A stretch of 64,000 bases of DNA from Candidatus Omnitrophota bacterium (lineage in GTDB: Bacteria > Omnitrophota > Gorgyraeia > Gygaellales > Profunditerraquicolaceae): assembly GCA_018897555.1 (NCBI GenBank), contig JAHIKK010000034.1:4527-68526 (forward strand), given 5' to 3'. The notes under the pieces are model-generated. The model was not told the origin of the DNA. It was given only the letters and a program-made list of their open reading frames with translations, and ran no database searches. The number at the start of each line of letters is the position of its first letter. Position 1 is the stretch's first letter. Both the position numbers and the translations under genes were made by a program. Below, piece after piece: positions 8,629 to 19,300 of this stretch.

Positions 8629-9729
8629 GTGAAAACATTAATCCGTAAAAGTGTCTTGGCAGTTAATCCCTATATTTCCGGTAAACCCATAGAGGAAACC
8701 AAAAGGCAGCTGGGATTAAAAGAGGTAATTAAGCTGGCTTCTAATGAAAATCCACTGGGCCCGTCACCTAAAGCCTTAAGCGCGATTAAAAGATCCCTAT
8801 CCGGAGTTAACCGTTATCCGGATGCGCAAGGGTATTATTTGAAAAAACGCCTAGCCAAGTTTCTTGGATTGTCCCCTGAAAATTTTGTATTAGGTAATGG
8901 TTCGGATGAATTGATTGATGTTCTGATTAAGACTTTTATGGAGGCGGATGAAAATATCGTTACCTCTGAGGGTACATTCTTGGAATATGAGATTATTGCC
9001 CAGGTTAATGACCGTAAAGTTAAAAAGGCGCCTTTGCGTTATTTTAAATATGATTTAGGGGCAATGTTAAAGTTAGTGGATAAAAAGACCAAATTGATTT
9101 TTATTGCTAATCCCAACAATCCCACCGGAACCTATGTTACTAAATATGAAATTGCGGAATTTATAGACGCGCTGCCGGAAGGAGTGGTAGTAGTTTTTGA
9201 TGAAGCTTATGGTGCATTTATCGATGTAGATGATTATCCGGATTCTTTGAGTTATCTAAGAAAGAAAAAGAAGATTATTATCTTAAGGACATTTTCTAAG
9301 GCCTACGGTTTAGCCGGGTTGCGTTTGGGGTATGCGATTGCCGCGCCGGAATTAGTAACTTATATGGAACGTATCCGGCAGCCGTTTAATGTTAATCTCC
9401 TGGCCCAGGTTGCCGGGTTAGCCGCTTTAGGCGATAATGATTTTCTAAAGAAAACCCGCCGCCTGATTTTAGAAGGCAAAGATTTTATTTACCGGGAATT
9501 GGCAAAAATGGGATTAAGCTACGTGCTTTCAGTGGCGAATTTTATTTTGGTAGATACAGGCAAAGATGGCCGGGAAGTATTCAAATCCATGCTTAAATCC
9601 GGAGTGATTGTTCGGGATATGGAGCAATATGGTTTAAGGAACTTTATCCGCGTAACTATCGGCACGCAAAAAGAAAATAAAAAATTTCTGCGAGTTTTAG
9701 GTAAAGTCTTAACGGAGGACAAGCCATGA
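8629..9729 (+). CDS. hisC: Histidinol-phosphate aminotransferase
   Basis: KLASNENP, GNGSDELI, NPNNPTG, DEAY and RTFSKAYGLAGLRLG motifs. Confidence 0.93.
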   Translation: MKTLIRKSVLAVNPYISGKPIEETKRQLGLKEVIKLASNENPLGPSPKALSAIKRSLSGVNRYPDAQGYYLKKRLAKFLGLSPENFVLGNGSDELIDVLIKTFMEADENIVTSEGTFLEYEIIAQVNDRKVKKAPLRYFKYDLGAMLKLVDKKTKLIFIANPNNPTGTYVTKYEIAEFIDALPEGVVVVFDEAYGAFIDVDDYPDSLSYLRKKKKIIILRTFSKAYGLAGLRLGYAIAAPELVTYMERIRQPFNVNLLAQVAGLAALGDNDFLKKTRRLILEGKDFIYRELAKMGLSYVLSVANFILVDTGKDGREVFKSMLKSGVIVRDMEQYGLRNFIRVTIGTQKENKKFLRVLGKVLTEDKP

Positions 9730-10745
9730 TCATTGTTTTAAAACCTGATGCCAGCCAGCAGCAAGTTGATCATATCATCGAAAAGGTAAAGGCCCTGGGC
9801 CTGACTCCGCATGTTTCCAAGGGGTCAGAGAGAACAATTATCGGTGTTATTGGGCCGGAGGATGTATTACGCGTTACGCCTTTAGAGGTTTTTCCGGGCG
9901 TAGAAAATGTTATTTCGGTGCTTTCGCCGTTTCGCTTAGTTTCCCGGGAGTTTAAAAAAGAGGATTCAGTAATTGACCTGGGTAAAGGTGTAAAAATCGG
10001 CGGCAAAGAGGTGGTAATTATGGGCGGGCCATGCACCATTGAAAATATCGATAGCTTATTTGAAATTGCCCGCGAAGTTAAAAAAGCCGGCGCAACCGTA
10101 CTGCGCGGAGGCGCTTTTAAACCGCGCACCTCTCCTTATAGTTTTCAGGGTTTAGGTAAGGCCGGCTTGCAGATGCTTAAGCAGGTAGGCAATGAGTTAG
10201 GTTTAGTTACCGTAAGTGAAGTTATGGATAGCCGGGACGTGGATTTGGTTGCCGACTACGTGGATGTCCTGCAAATTGGCTGCCGGAACATGCAGAATTT
10301 CAATCTTTTAAAAGAGGTGGGTGCTACTAAAAAGCCCGTGCTTTTAAAACGGGGGATGGCTTCTACGGTTAAAGATATGCTCATGTCCGCGGAATATATA
10401 TTAAGCGGCGGGAATTTTTCGGTAATTCTTTGCGAGAGAGGAATCCGCACTTTTGAAGATTCCACGCGCAATACTTTAGATATTAGCGCAGTGCCGGTAA
10501 CCAAACAACTTTCGCATTTACCCATCATCGTTGATCCGTCGCATGCTGCCGGAAAATGGAACCTGGTTGGGCCTTTAGCTAAAGCGGCAATTGCCGCCGG
10601 AGCCGACGGTTTAATTATAGAAGTGCATAATCATCCTGAAGAAGCGGTTTCTGACGGAGCGCAATCACTTATTCCGAGCAAATTTTTTAATCTGATGGGT
10701 GAACTTAGAGGCGTGGCTAATTCTGTGGGAAGAAAAATTTTATGA
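9726..10745 (+). CDS. aroF: DAHP synthase (type I-beta, N-terminal regulatory domain)
   Basis: GPC, RGGAFKPRTSPYSFQG, CERGIRTF and DPSH motifs. Confidence 0.95.
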   Translation: MIIVLKPDASQQQVDHIIEKVKALGLTPHVSKGSERTIIGVIGPEDVLRVTPLEVFPGVENVISVLSPFRLVSREFKKEDSVIDLGKGVKIGGKEVVIMGGPCTIENIDSLFEIAREVKKAGATVLRGGAFKPRTSPYSFQGLGKAGLQMLKQVGNELGLVTVSEVMDSRDVDLVADYVDVLQIGCRNMQNFNLLKEVGATKKPVLLKRGMASTVKDMLMSAEYILSGGNFSVILCERGIRTFEDSTRNTLDISAVPVTKQLSHLPIIVDPSHAAGKWNLVGPLAKAAIAAGADGLIIEVHNHPEEAVSDGAQSLIPSKFFNLMGELRGVANSVGRKIL

Positions 10746-11572
10746 AAATGTTCAATAAAGCCGTAATTATCGGCACAGGCCTAATCGGAGGGTCAATAGG
10801 CTTAGCTTTAAGAAAACAACATTTAGCCGGCCAAGTAATTGGTTTAAGCCGCCAAGCGAAAAATGCCAGATTAGCTAAAAAGGTTGGTGCCATTGATCAA
10901 GTTGGTTCATCATTAGAGGCGGTGGCGGATGCGGATTTAGTTATCTTAGCCACACCGGTTAATACCATTATTGATCTTGGTTTAGGCATTGTAAAAAAAA
11001 TAAAAAAAGGCTGCATTGTTATTGATGTCGGCAGCACCAAAGAGCGCATTGTTTCTAAATTAAGCGTGCTGATCCCCAACTTTTTGGGTTGTCATCCTTT
11101 GGCCGGATCAGAAAAGAAAGGAATTGCTAATTTAGAAGATAATATTTTTAAAGGCTCAATTTGCATTATTACTCCCACAATTAAAACCAGCCGGCGCACT
11201 TTAAATAAAGTCAAGCTGCTTTGGAAGAAATTGGGCGCGAAGATCGTTATTCTCTCCGCAAAAAAGCACGATCAGGCCCTGGCGTTTACCAGCCACCTGC
11301 CGCATGCCGTAGCTTTTTCCTTGATGAACTCAATTCCGAATTCATGTTTAGGTTTGAGTTCCAGCGGCCTAAGTGATACTACGCGCATCTCTGGTTCTGA
11401 TGCCGGGCTCTGGAGTGAAATATTTCTAAGTAATCGTATTAACTTATTAGCTGACTTATCGATTTTTCAGGCAAAACTTTCCGCTTTAAAGTTTGCTTTA
11501 GAAAGTAAAAATAAGAGACGGCTTAGGAAAATTCTCCTATTGGCCAGGAAAAAAAGAGAGAAACTGGGATGA
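10742..11572 (+). CDS. tyrA: Prephenate/arogenate dehydrogenase
   Basis: GTGLIGGS Rossmann motif; DVGSTK, HPLAGSE and HD..LAFTSHLPH. Confidence 0.93.
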   Translation: MKMFNKAVIIGTGLIGGSIGLALRKQHLAGQVIGLSRQAKNARLAKKVGAIDQVGSSLEAVADADLVILATPVNTIIDLGLGIVKKIKKGCIVIDVGSTKERIVSKLSVLIPNFLGCHPLAGSEKKGIANLEDNIFKGSICIITPTIKTSRRTLNKVKLLWKKLGAKIVILSAKKHDQALAFTSHLPHAVAFSLMNSIPNSCLGLSSSGLSDTTRISGSDAGLWSEIFLSNRINLLADLSIFQAKLSALKFALESKNKRRLRKILLLARKKREKLG

Positions 11573-12243
11573 TTATTGCTATTGATGGGCCAGCGGGCGC
11601 GGGGAAAAGTACTGTCGCTAAAATTTTAGCTAAAAGGCTGGGTTTTCTTTACATTGATACCGGTGCAATGTATCGGGCTTTAACTTTGAAGGTTTTAGAG
11701 AATAATGTGCCCATCAATGATGAACCGGGTATTATTCAGCTGGCTCAGGGAGTAAAAATAGGCCTGCGCAACAACACAGATGGATCATTAACGGTTATGC
11801 TTGACGGAAAGGATGTTTCTTTGGCTATCCGCCAAGGAAAGGTTACACAATTTGTTTCGGACGTGGCTAAGATTAAAGAGGTGCGTCAGGTATTGGTAAA
11901 GATGCAAAGAGAATTTGGCCAAAAAGGAGATTGTGTTTTAGATGGCAGGGATATCGGCACGGTAGTTTTTCCGCAGGCTGCGAAAAAGTTTTTTATCGAT
12001 GCTTCTATAGGCGTGCGGGTTCAGCGGCGTTTCAAGGAATTAAAAGGTTTAGGCCAAAAGGTTACGGAGGATGAAGTGGCTTTCGATTTAGCTAATCGGG
12101 ATAAAATTGATTCTACCCGCTTAACTTCACCTTTACGCCTTGCTCCTGATGCAATTTATATTGATACCACTGATTTTTCTATAGAGCAGATAGTAGAGAA
12201 GATGTTTAATTTATGTAATATTGAGCCTTCGGTAAATGGATAG
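11569..12243 (+). CDS. cmk: Cytidylate kinase
   Basis: IAIDGPAGAGKST, DTGAMYR and DGRDIGTVVFP motifs. Confidence 0.96.
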   Translation: MIIAIDGPAGAGKSTVAKILAKRLGFLYIDTGAMYRALTLKVLENNVPINDEPGIIQLAQGVKIGLRNNTDGSLTVMLDGKDVSLAIRQGKVTQFVSDVAKIKEVRQVLVKMQREFGQKGDCVLDGRDIGTVVFPQAAKKFFIDASIGVRVQRRFKELKGLGQKVTEDEVAFDLANRDKIDSTRLTSPLRLAPDAIYIDTTDFSIEQIVEKMFNLCNIEPSVNG

Positions 12244-14035
12244 GACACTGCTTAGGAATTTTTCGATTATTGCGCATATTGACCATGGTAAATCTACTCT
12301 GGCGGACCGGATATTAGAGATTACCGGAGCGGTTGATAAACGGCATAAAGGCGATCAACTTCTGGATGATATGGAATTGGAAAAGGAGCGGGGCATTACG
12401 ATTAAGGCTTCCATGGTCAGGTTGAATTATTTTTCCAAGAAATTTAACCGGGAGTATATTTTAAACCTTATTGATACCCCCGGCCATGTAGATTTTACCT
12501 ATGAAGTATCTAAGTCTTTAGCTGCCTGTGAGGGTGCGGTGTTGATAGTAGATGCCGGCCAGGGGATTGAAGCGCAAACCGTGGCAAATTATTACCTAGC
12601 CTTAGAAAATAATCTGCAGGTTATCCCGGTCATTAATAAGGTGGATTTAATTTCCGCCGATGTGCCCCGGGTAAAAATGCAGGTAGAGACGGTCTTAGGT
12701 TTTAAAGAAGAAGAAATTATTCTGGCTTCCGCTAAAGAAGGCCAGGGGGTTATCGAAATTTTGGATAGGATTATTGAAACAATTCCCAGCCCCGGCGGCC
12801 AATTAGATGGCCCGCTTAAAGCTTTAATTTTCGACTGCCGTTTTGATGCTTTTAAAGGGGTGGTAGTTTTTGTAAAAGTTATTGACGGGATAATTACTCC
12901 TAAAACGCAATTGAAGATGTTTCATGCCGGAAAAGTCTATAAAATCGAAGAGCTGGGTGTTTTTAAAGATTTGAAATACTCGGCTGTGGATGACTTGACT
13001 TGCGGTGAAGTCGGGTATTTTACCGCTAACATGCGTGATCCCCGGGAGGTAATTATCGGAGATACGATTACCGATCCGAAGAATCCCTGTGAGCAGGCTT
13101 TGCCGGGTTACCGCAAAGTAAAACCTCTGGTTTTTTGCGGTATTTATCCGGTTAATCCTGCGGATTTTCCGCAGTTACGCGATGCCCTGGATAAATTAAA
13201 GCTTTCTGATGCCTCCTTTGTCTTTGAGCCGGAAAATTCCCAATCATTCGGAGCAGGTTTTCGTTGCGGCTTTCTGGGCCTTTTGCATATGGAGATTGTT
13301 CAGGAAAGGCTTCAGCGCGAGTATGATTTAAACCTTATTCTTACCGTGCCTAATGTAGTTTACCGCATAAAGACAAAATCCGGGGAACTTATAGAAGTAG
13401 ATACGCCGATGAAGCTGGGTGCGCCTGGCGATATCCAGGAGGCGCAAGAGCCATTTGCCAGCTTGCTGATGATTGTGCCGGTTGATTCTATAGAGGCAAT
13501 TTGCGATTTTACTAAATCCCGCAGAGGAGTATTTGTTTCCAATGAATATTTAGGCGAGGATCGCGTAAAAGTAGTATTTTCGATACCTCTTTCTGAAATC
13601 ATTGTGGATTTTTATGACCGCATGAAATCGATCACCCGGGGTTATGGTTCGATGGATTACGAGGTTAAGGAATATTTGCCGACAAAATTAGTTAAACTGG
13701 ATATATTGCTCAATAGCCAGGTTTGCGATGCCTTTTCATCTTTAATGTTTAAAGAAAAAGCTACCAGCCGGGCGCACCTTTTAGTTTCTAAGCTCAAGGA
13801 GCTGATTCCGCGGCAACTCTTTGAAGTAACGATTCAGGCAGCCATAGGCAGCCAGATTCTGGCGTCGGAAAAAGTGCGTTCAGTCGGTAAAAATGCCACC
13901 AGTAAATGTTCCGGAGGCGATATTACCCGTAAACGTAAACTTTGGGAAACTCAGAAAAAAGGCAAGAAGAGGCTAAAACAGTTTGGCAAGGTGGAGATAC
14001 CCCAAGAGGCTTTTCTGGAGATATTAAAAATATGA
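12236..14035 (+). CDS. lepA: Translation elongation factor 4
   Basis: RNFSIIAHIDHGKSTLADR, DTPGHVDF, GFRCGFLGLLHMEI and GGDITRKRKL motifs. Confidence 0.97.
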   Translation: MDRTLLRNFSIIAHIDHGKSTLADRILEITGAVDKRHKGDQLLDDMELEKERGITIKASMVRLNYFSKKFNREYILNLIDTPGHVDFTYEVSKSLAACEGAVLIVDAGQGIEAQTVANYYLALENNLQVIPVINKVDLISADVPRVKMQVETVLGFKEEEIILASAKEGQGVIEILDRIIETIPSPGGQLDGPLKALIFDCRFDAFKGVVVFVKVIDGIITPKTQLKMFHAGKVYKIEELGVFKDLKYSAVDDLTCGEVGYFTANMRDPREVIIGDTITDPKNPCEQALPGYRKVKPLVFCGIYPVNPADFPQLRDALDKLKLSDASFVFEPENSQSFGAGFRCGFLGLLHMEIVQERLQREYDLNLILTVPNVVYRIKTKSGELIEVDTPMKLGAPGDIQEAQEPFASLLMIVPVDSIEAICDFTKSRRGVFVSNEYLGEDRVKVVFSIPLSEIIVDFYDRMKSITRGYGSMDYEVKEYLPTKLVKLDILLNSQVCDAFSSLMFKEKATSRAHLLVSKLKELIPRQLFEVTIQAAIGSQILASEKVRSVGKNATSKCSGGDITRKRKLWETQKKGKKRLKQFGKVEIPQEAFLEILKI

Positions 14036-14607
14036 GTTTAAACAAGAAGTCCGTAATCCGTGATTGGGCTGAATCAATTATTATCGCCTTTTTATTGGCT
14101 TTAGTCATCCGTACTTTCCTGGTGCAGGCCTTTAAGATCCCTACCGGAAGCATGCGCATGACTTTAATTGAAGGGGACTTGATCCTGGTGAATAAATTTA
14201 TTTATGGGGCAAAAATTCCTTTTACTAACTTGCGCCTGCCCGCGCTCAAGCCTCCCAAAAGAGGGGATGTGATTGTTTTTATTTATCCGGAGGATAAGAG
14301 CAAGGATTTTATTAAAAGGCTGGTGGGGTTTCCCGGAGATGTGGTTGAAATTAAAGGCGGCTCAATTTATATTAATGATAAACCCGCTCCGGAGGCGATA
14401 TTTAACCAGATTTATTATTACAATCGGGGCCAATTGGATGCACCGGGCCAAAAGATGGTTGTGCCTAAAGACAGCTACTTTGTTTTAGGGGATAATTCCG
14501 CTACTTCTAAAGATAGCCGTTATTGGGGGTTTGTGCCCAAAAATAATTTACTTGGGCAGGCGATAATTATCTATTGGCCGCTACAGCGCATAAAATTAAT
14601 TAAATGA
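14032..14607 (+). CDS. lepB: Signal peptidase I (start moved to the ATG overlapping the lepA stop)
   Basis: IPTGSM (catalytic Ser), FIKRLVG (catalytic Lys), GDN..SKDSRYWGFV; ATGA overlap at 14032-14035. Confidence 0.95.
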   Translation: MSLNKKSVIRDWAESIIIAFLLALVIRTFLVQAFKIPTGSMRMTLIEGDLILVNKFIYGAKIPFTNLRLPALKPPKRGDVIVFIYPEDKSKDFIKRLVGFPGDVVEIKGGSIYINDKPAPEAIFNQIYYYNRGQLDAPGQKMVVPKDSYFVLGDNSATSKDSRYWGFVPKNNLLGQAIIIYWPLQRIKLIK

Positions 14608-15167
14608 ATATTGCCAATAAAATCTCAACCTTTCGCATTTTAAGCGTTCCATTTTTTATTGCTTGCCTATTATATTATGCGCCGGAAAGGGCATATTTAA
14701 AAAATTTGGCTTTGGCTATATTTGTACTGGGGGTTATTTCTGATGGTTTAGACGGCTATATCGCCAGGAAGGCTAAAATGCAATCAACAGCAGGATTAAT
14801 TTTAGACCCCCTGGGAGACAAGCTTTTGTTAATGAGTGCCTTTATATTTTTATCGCCGGTTTGCCGGTTGGGATTAAAATTTCCGCTTTGGGTGAGTTTT
14901 ATCGTGATTTCCCGGGACCTGATTATCATCATTGGGGCGATAGTTATCTACATGGTTAAGCAGAATTTATCTGTGCATCCCACTAAATGGGGTAAACTGA
15001 CCACTACTTTTCAGATGCTTTCGGTGATTAGTGTTTTATTGCAATGGAAGCTGGCGATGTTGGTCTGGTGGCCGGCGGTAATCTTTACGGTTATTTCAGG
15101 GATAGATTATGTAAAGAGAGGGTTCAAAATTTTATATGCTGTTGACAATCGCCGCGCTATTAATTAG
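14604..15167 (+). CDS. pgsA: CDP-alcohol phosphatidyltransferase (PgsA-like)
   Basis: DGLDGYIAR..G..LDPLGDK signature; hydrophobic. Confidence 0.85.
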   Translation: MNIANKISTFRILSVPFFIACLLYYAPERAYLKNLALAIFVLGVISDGLDGYIARKAKMQSTAGLILDPLGDKLLLMSAFIFLSPVCRLGLKFPLWVSFIVISRDLIIIIGAIVIYMVKQNLSVHPTKWGKLTTTFQMLSVISVLLQWKLAMLVWWPAVIFTVISGIDYVKRGFKILYAVDNRRAIN

Positions 15168-15777
15168 CTATCTAATCGGTTCCATTCCTACGGCTTATCT
15201 TTTTGGCAGGGTGTTAAAAGGAATTGATATCCGTAAAGTTGGTTCAGGTAATGTTGGCGCCACTAATGCCTTGCGCGTTTTAGGTAAAGGGCCGGGAATC
15301 ACAGTACTGATTATAGATATACTTAAGGGGTTGATCGTAGTTTCCTTCCTGGGAGATTATTTTAAGTATAAAGAGATTTTATGGCAGGTAGAAAACTTAC
15401 GTATTATCATGGGGTTATGCTGTATTTGTGGCCATAACTGGACGATATTCTTACAGTTTAAGGGTGGCAAAGGGATTGCTACATCTTTAGGGGTACTGCT
15501 GGGGCTGGCTTTGAGAATAAATGGATTAAATATTGTAATTGGTATACTAATTACAATCTGGTTTGCGGTTTTTTTTCTTTTCAGGATTGTCTCATTAGCT
15601 TCGATAATTGCGGCTATAGGACTGCCGGCAGCTTGCATATTTTTTAAGCAGTCGCTTCTTATGATTACTGTATCTTTGGTACTTTGTATTTTAGTAATTA
15701 TCCGTCATAAGGCTAATCTGCTCAGGATCTTCCAAGGTAAAGAACCCCGTCTCAATTTTAAAAAATCCCCTAGTTAA
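15136..15777 (+). CDS. plsY: Glycerol-3-phosphate acyltransferase PlsY
   Basis: YLIGSIP, GSGNVGATN, FKGGKGIAT and RHKANL motifs. Confidence 0.95.
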   Translation: MLLTIAALLISYLIGSIPTAYLFGRVLKGIDIRKVGSGNVGATNALRVLGKGPGITVLIIDILKGLIVVSFLGDYFKYKEILWQVENLRIIMGLCCICGHNWTIFLQFKGGKGIATSLGVLLGLALRINGLNIVIGILITIWFAVFFLFRIVSLASIIAAIGLPAACIFFKQSLLMITVSLVLCILVIIRHKANLLRIFQGKEPRLNFKKSPS

Positions 15778-15916
15778 GGCTTAAGCAAACGCTTTCTTTT
15801 TAAGGCCAAATCGTATTGATTTAGCCTTTTTTTGCCTGCATACTTGAGTTGATATTAAATAGTTTTAAAAAGGGCCGGATTAATCAACTGTTAATCCGGT
15901 TAATTGCAAGGAAAAG

Positions 15917-16255
15917 ATGAGAAATTTACTCTATAAAAACCTGTCTTTCCCCAATCAGGGCCGTAAAATAATCGCTAGCTCTGAGATAGCTGATAAAGAA
16001 GGTGTGCATAGCGTGGTGCGTAGGCATTTTACTTATATCATCCGATCGATCAAAGGTAGGGGTGTAATTAAACCGCAGCCGTATCTGTATGTTTTAAAGA
16101 GAAGAAATACTAAAGAGAGGCAAGAGCATTTTTTCTGTAAGATTAAAGGCAGTGTTCAGGCAGTAAATAAGGGAAGCTTATTTCAAATTTCATTTGTGCA
16201 CACTTTAAACATTGATCTTACTGTTTCTGCAAAACTAGGCGAGCAGGTCGGATAG
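15917..16255 (+). CDS. Hypothetical basic protein (112 aa)
   Basis: ORF with AAGGA Shine-Dalgarno sequence filling the gap between plsY and the palindrome; no family recognised. Confidence 0.6.
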   Translation: MRNLLYKNLSFPNQGRKIIASSEIADKEGVHSVVRRHFTYIIRSIKGRGVIKPQPYLYVLKRRNTKERQEHFFCKIKGSVQAVNKGSLFQISFVHTLNIDLTVSAKLGEQVG

Positions 16256-16265
16256 ATTAAAAACT

Positions 16266-16322
16266 AGGGACCGTTTCTATTTTTCTTTATTAATAAGGTT
16301 CAGAAAAATAGAAACGGTCCCT
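16266..16322. repeat. Palindromic element family A, copy 1
   Basis: 21-bp perfect arms AGGGACCGTTTCTATTTTTCT / AGAAAAATAGAAACGGTCCCT with a 15-nt loop. Confidence 0.92.
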
Positions 16323-19300
16323 TTATTCTAGATAAATTTCTATCTTCTTAATTTGGCGTGACCTTATTTCCTGGGCATAGGGTGAGGGTATAACTGAGGA
16401 ATTAAACTCTACGGGTTTATCCGGATCCTGGATAATAATTTTTTTAATGCTGGCCGCATTTTTTCCGAAAGTATTTTTCCTTTTAGGATTATGATAGGTT
16501 ACTTGAATTTGGCTTAAGAAATTAAAAGAATACTCTCCGTTTTTATCAAATAACCAACCCGCAAGACTGGGCTTAAAGGTTAAATTAAGCTCGCCGGTTT
16601 CATTCAATGAAAATGGGCTTAGCCCGGTATTCATCAATAGCCAGATATGTACGAATTCCGCGGTTGAACCGGAGAGTCTGGCTACAAAGCCGTTCCCATG
16701 TAATTTCTTATCGGCAAAAGCGCTGCTAACCAGGAAAGAGGAGTTTTCCAATATGCTGCGTCCGTAGTTTTGCGGATTTTGGAAAGGAATAAGTACGTTT
16801 TTAAATTCGGCATAAAACTCTTCCGTCAAGCCGGCTTTAAGCAGTTCCAGGATATACTTATACTCCATATGTAACCAGATGGATTCATTCTCCAGCCAGC
16901 CCGGGCTAAATATCCTGCATCTGCCGATCTCTTCCGGCATGGCATTAAGCGGAGCGGTTACTTTGTACATCTTTAGTTTTTTATCAAAAAGCGCGCTCTG
17001 CTTAGTTGCTTTGTGCAGAGCTAAGCTTTGCTGGTGATCATCAGTGAGCCTTAAGGCATGTACTTGCCCTTCCAGAAACAGAGGGGCGGGCTTTTGATTA
17101 AATCTTTTCGGTTTTAGGTTATGCTCCCCGAGCAGGTCATATTCTGTAACTTCGTTAATAAAGTATGCGTTGTAGAGGCCCTGGGTTTTGTCAAAAGCCT
17201 TATTTAATCCGCAGTCTACTTTTTTTAGTGCCGCATCTAGAAAACTGATAAGTTTATCCGCCGGAAAATTAGTCAGGGCACCGGAAAAACCCAAAAGAGT
17301 ATTATGCCGGTAATTTTCTTTTAGGGTATTGCTTTTATCCCAATAAGAGAATGCGTCTTCTGAAAATAAGCTGGAGAGTTTTTCGATGAAATTAGCTATT
17401 TCTTCGGCAAGCTCGATATCTTTAATTGGGGAGTTTTCTAAAGCCGCCTTTAGCATTTTAAGCAGGCGCTTTAATTCAAAGGTTTCACAGGTGGATGAAC
17501 CAAAAAGGGCAGGCAGCCCGTTGAGTGAATCAAACCAGTTAGGTTTATTGGCTTCCATTTCAATGCCTACGCCGGAGGCATCTAAAGAGGCCAGTTTATT
17601 TACCGCCAAACATAAAAGTTTAGCCGCCAGCGTAGTGTAATGAATTTGGCCTTCCCCGTGAAGTGTCCTTAAAAGATGCGGATTAATCAGGCGTTTGCGC
17701 AGCATTTCTTTTTTATTGCTGTCTAGTGAAAGGGAGTGTAATTGGCGCGCCTGGCCGTTATGCAGGATATATTTTTCACTCCGCGGCTTGACTATTTCCG
17801 CGTTATCGTAAAATGAGAAAACTTTTCTGGCAAAGAAGAGTTCATTGGCCTTCTCCGGATATAACCCCAGGTAACTATCGATTAAATCCAGATTATAAGC
17901 CCAGTGATCTGTCCAAAAACCTTCTCCATGCTCAGCCTCCTGTATTCTTAAAGCGCAAGGCAGGAGGAGATTCAGAAAATTATCAATTGATCCATTAAGC
18001 ATAATTTTGTTTTCTTCAATAAAAAAGATAAGTTCTCCCGGAGTAAAGGGTTTTTTCAGGAAAGGGCTAAGGGTTTCTAAGCCATTTTTTTTAACTACCG
18101 TTTGCAGCAGTTTTTCTAAATCCAGGTTATCGCGGACCAGAAAGCTTTCCGGCTTTACTACCAGTGGATTAAAACCATCCGCCTGGATTAAATTCATAAA
18201 GAAAATAATATTTTCATCCTGGATCTGTGGGTTAAACCAAAGGTCATTGCGGCGGTTTTGATTTGTGTCCCGGTAGTTACCGTTACCCTGGGAAAAATAC
18301 GTGGGTTGCAGCTGAAAGTTGTTATAGTCTCTTTCTAAGTCACCGTGTTTGCGTGAATAAAGATAGAAGATAATCTTGGTGAATTCCGATGCCTCCCCGG
18401 AAGGTTTAAGGGCGGGGCGGGAAAAAACTTCCGGATAGCCGCCGCGCATAATGTTATCTAAATAAGTCTGTCCGGCGTATAAATTAAACTCCGCGGAACT
18501 GCTTTTAGTTAAGATATCATTTTTTAGTTTTTCAATTAACTCTTTGTTTTGGCGCAGCTTATTCTGAATATAGCCTACTGAACTGATTCTTTTAATCGAG
18601 CGATTTAAGGTCTTGCTGTCTCGCGACTGGCCAATCACTGCGTAAAATGTTTTCTGTTGGTTTGGTTTTAGCTTTAGGTCCATTAAGAGTAAGGCGCTGG
18701 GGGTTTTGCTCTGGGTTATTTGCTCAGCCGGGTATAAAAATTTAGGCTTAGCTAAAAATTCAGCCGGATAAGAGAAATCCGTTACCGCGCCGAAAACAAC
18801 CTGCGGATCAACTATGGGTTTAAGCAATTGGGTTTTTTCGCCTTTGAAATGGAACCCCAGATAAAAATTCCCCGCGTCAATATGCACGACTTCGGGCCGG
18901 TCAGCAGGGTCAACCTCAAGCTTATAAAAGGGGACAGAATTTTTTAGGTTATCAATTTTCATCCAGGCCTCAATGGTCCGCCCGAGTTTTTTTAGGAAAA
19001 AATTGTTTACGCCAAAAGGGACAATTTGCGGTAATCCATCAATAAGCTGCAGGGATTTAGGTTTATTGCCGGTATTTTCTATAGTTACTGTCCGGCTTAA
19101 GCCGGCATAAGTATCATTGGGTATGTTAAAGTATTGAATCCGGGTTTTAATTCCCAGCGTGCGATTCTCTTCCTCCAGGATAAGCTCAGCAGAACTTATG
19201 CGCAGAGAATTGATTATTTGGTACTTTAGATTCCCGTAGCCATTATGGAATGGTTCGTAATAAATAGATTTGGATTTACCGGATTTAATCTTGATAAAAG

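Noticed and set aside
13942-14031. N-terminal 30 codons of the lepB ORF
   Set aside because: They overlap lepA; ATG 14032 gives the canonical ATGA coupling and a normal TM-first LepB
18381-18425. GC-rich stretch encoding SRPALKPSGEASEF in the phosphorylase as a third in-frame repeat insertion
   Set aside because: No clean inverted repeat or second copy is visible; it needs an orthologue alignment
18441-18468. dif-like sequence GCCGCGCATAATGTTATCTAAATAAGTC
   Set aside because: Only the XerC-like half resembles dif; the conserved XerD arm TTATGTTAAAT is absent and the sequence encodes YLDNIMRG of the phosphorylase
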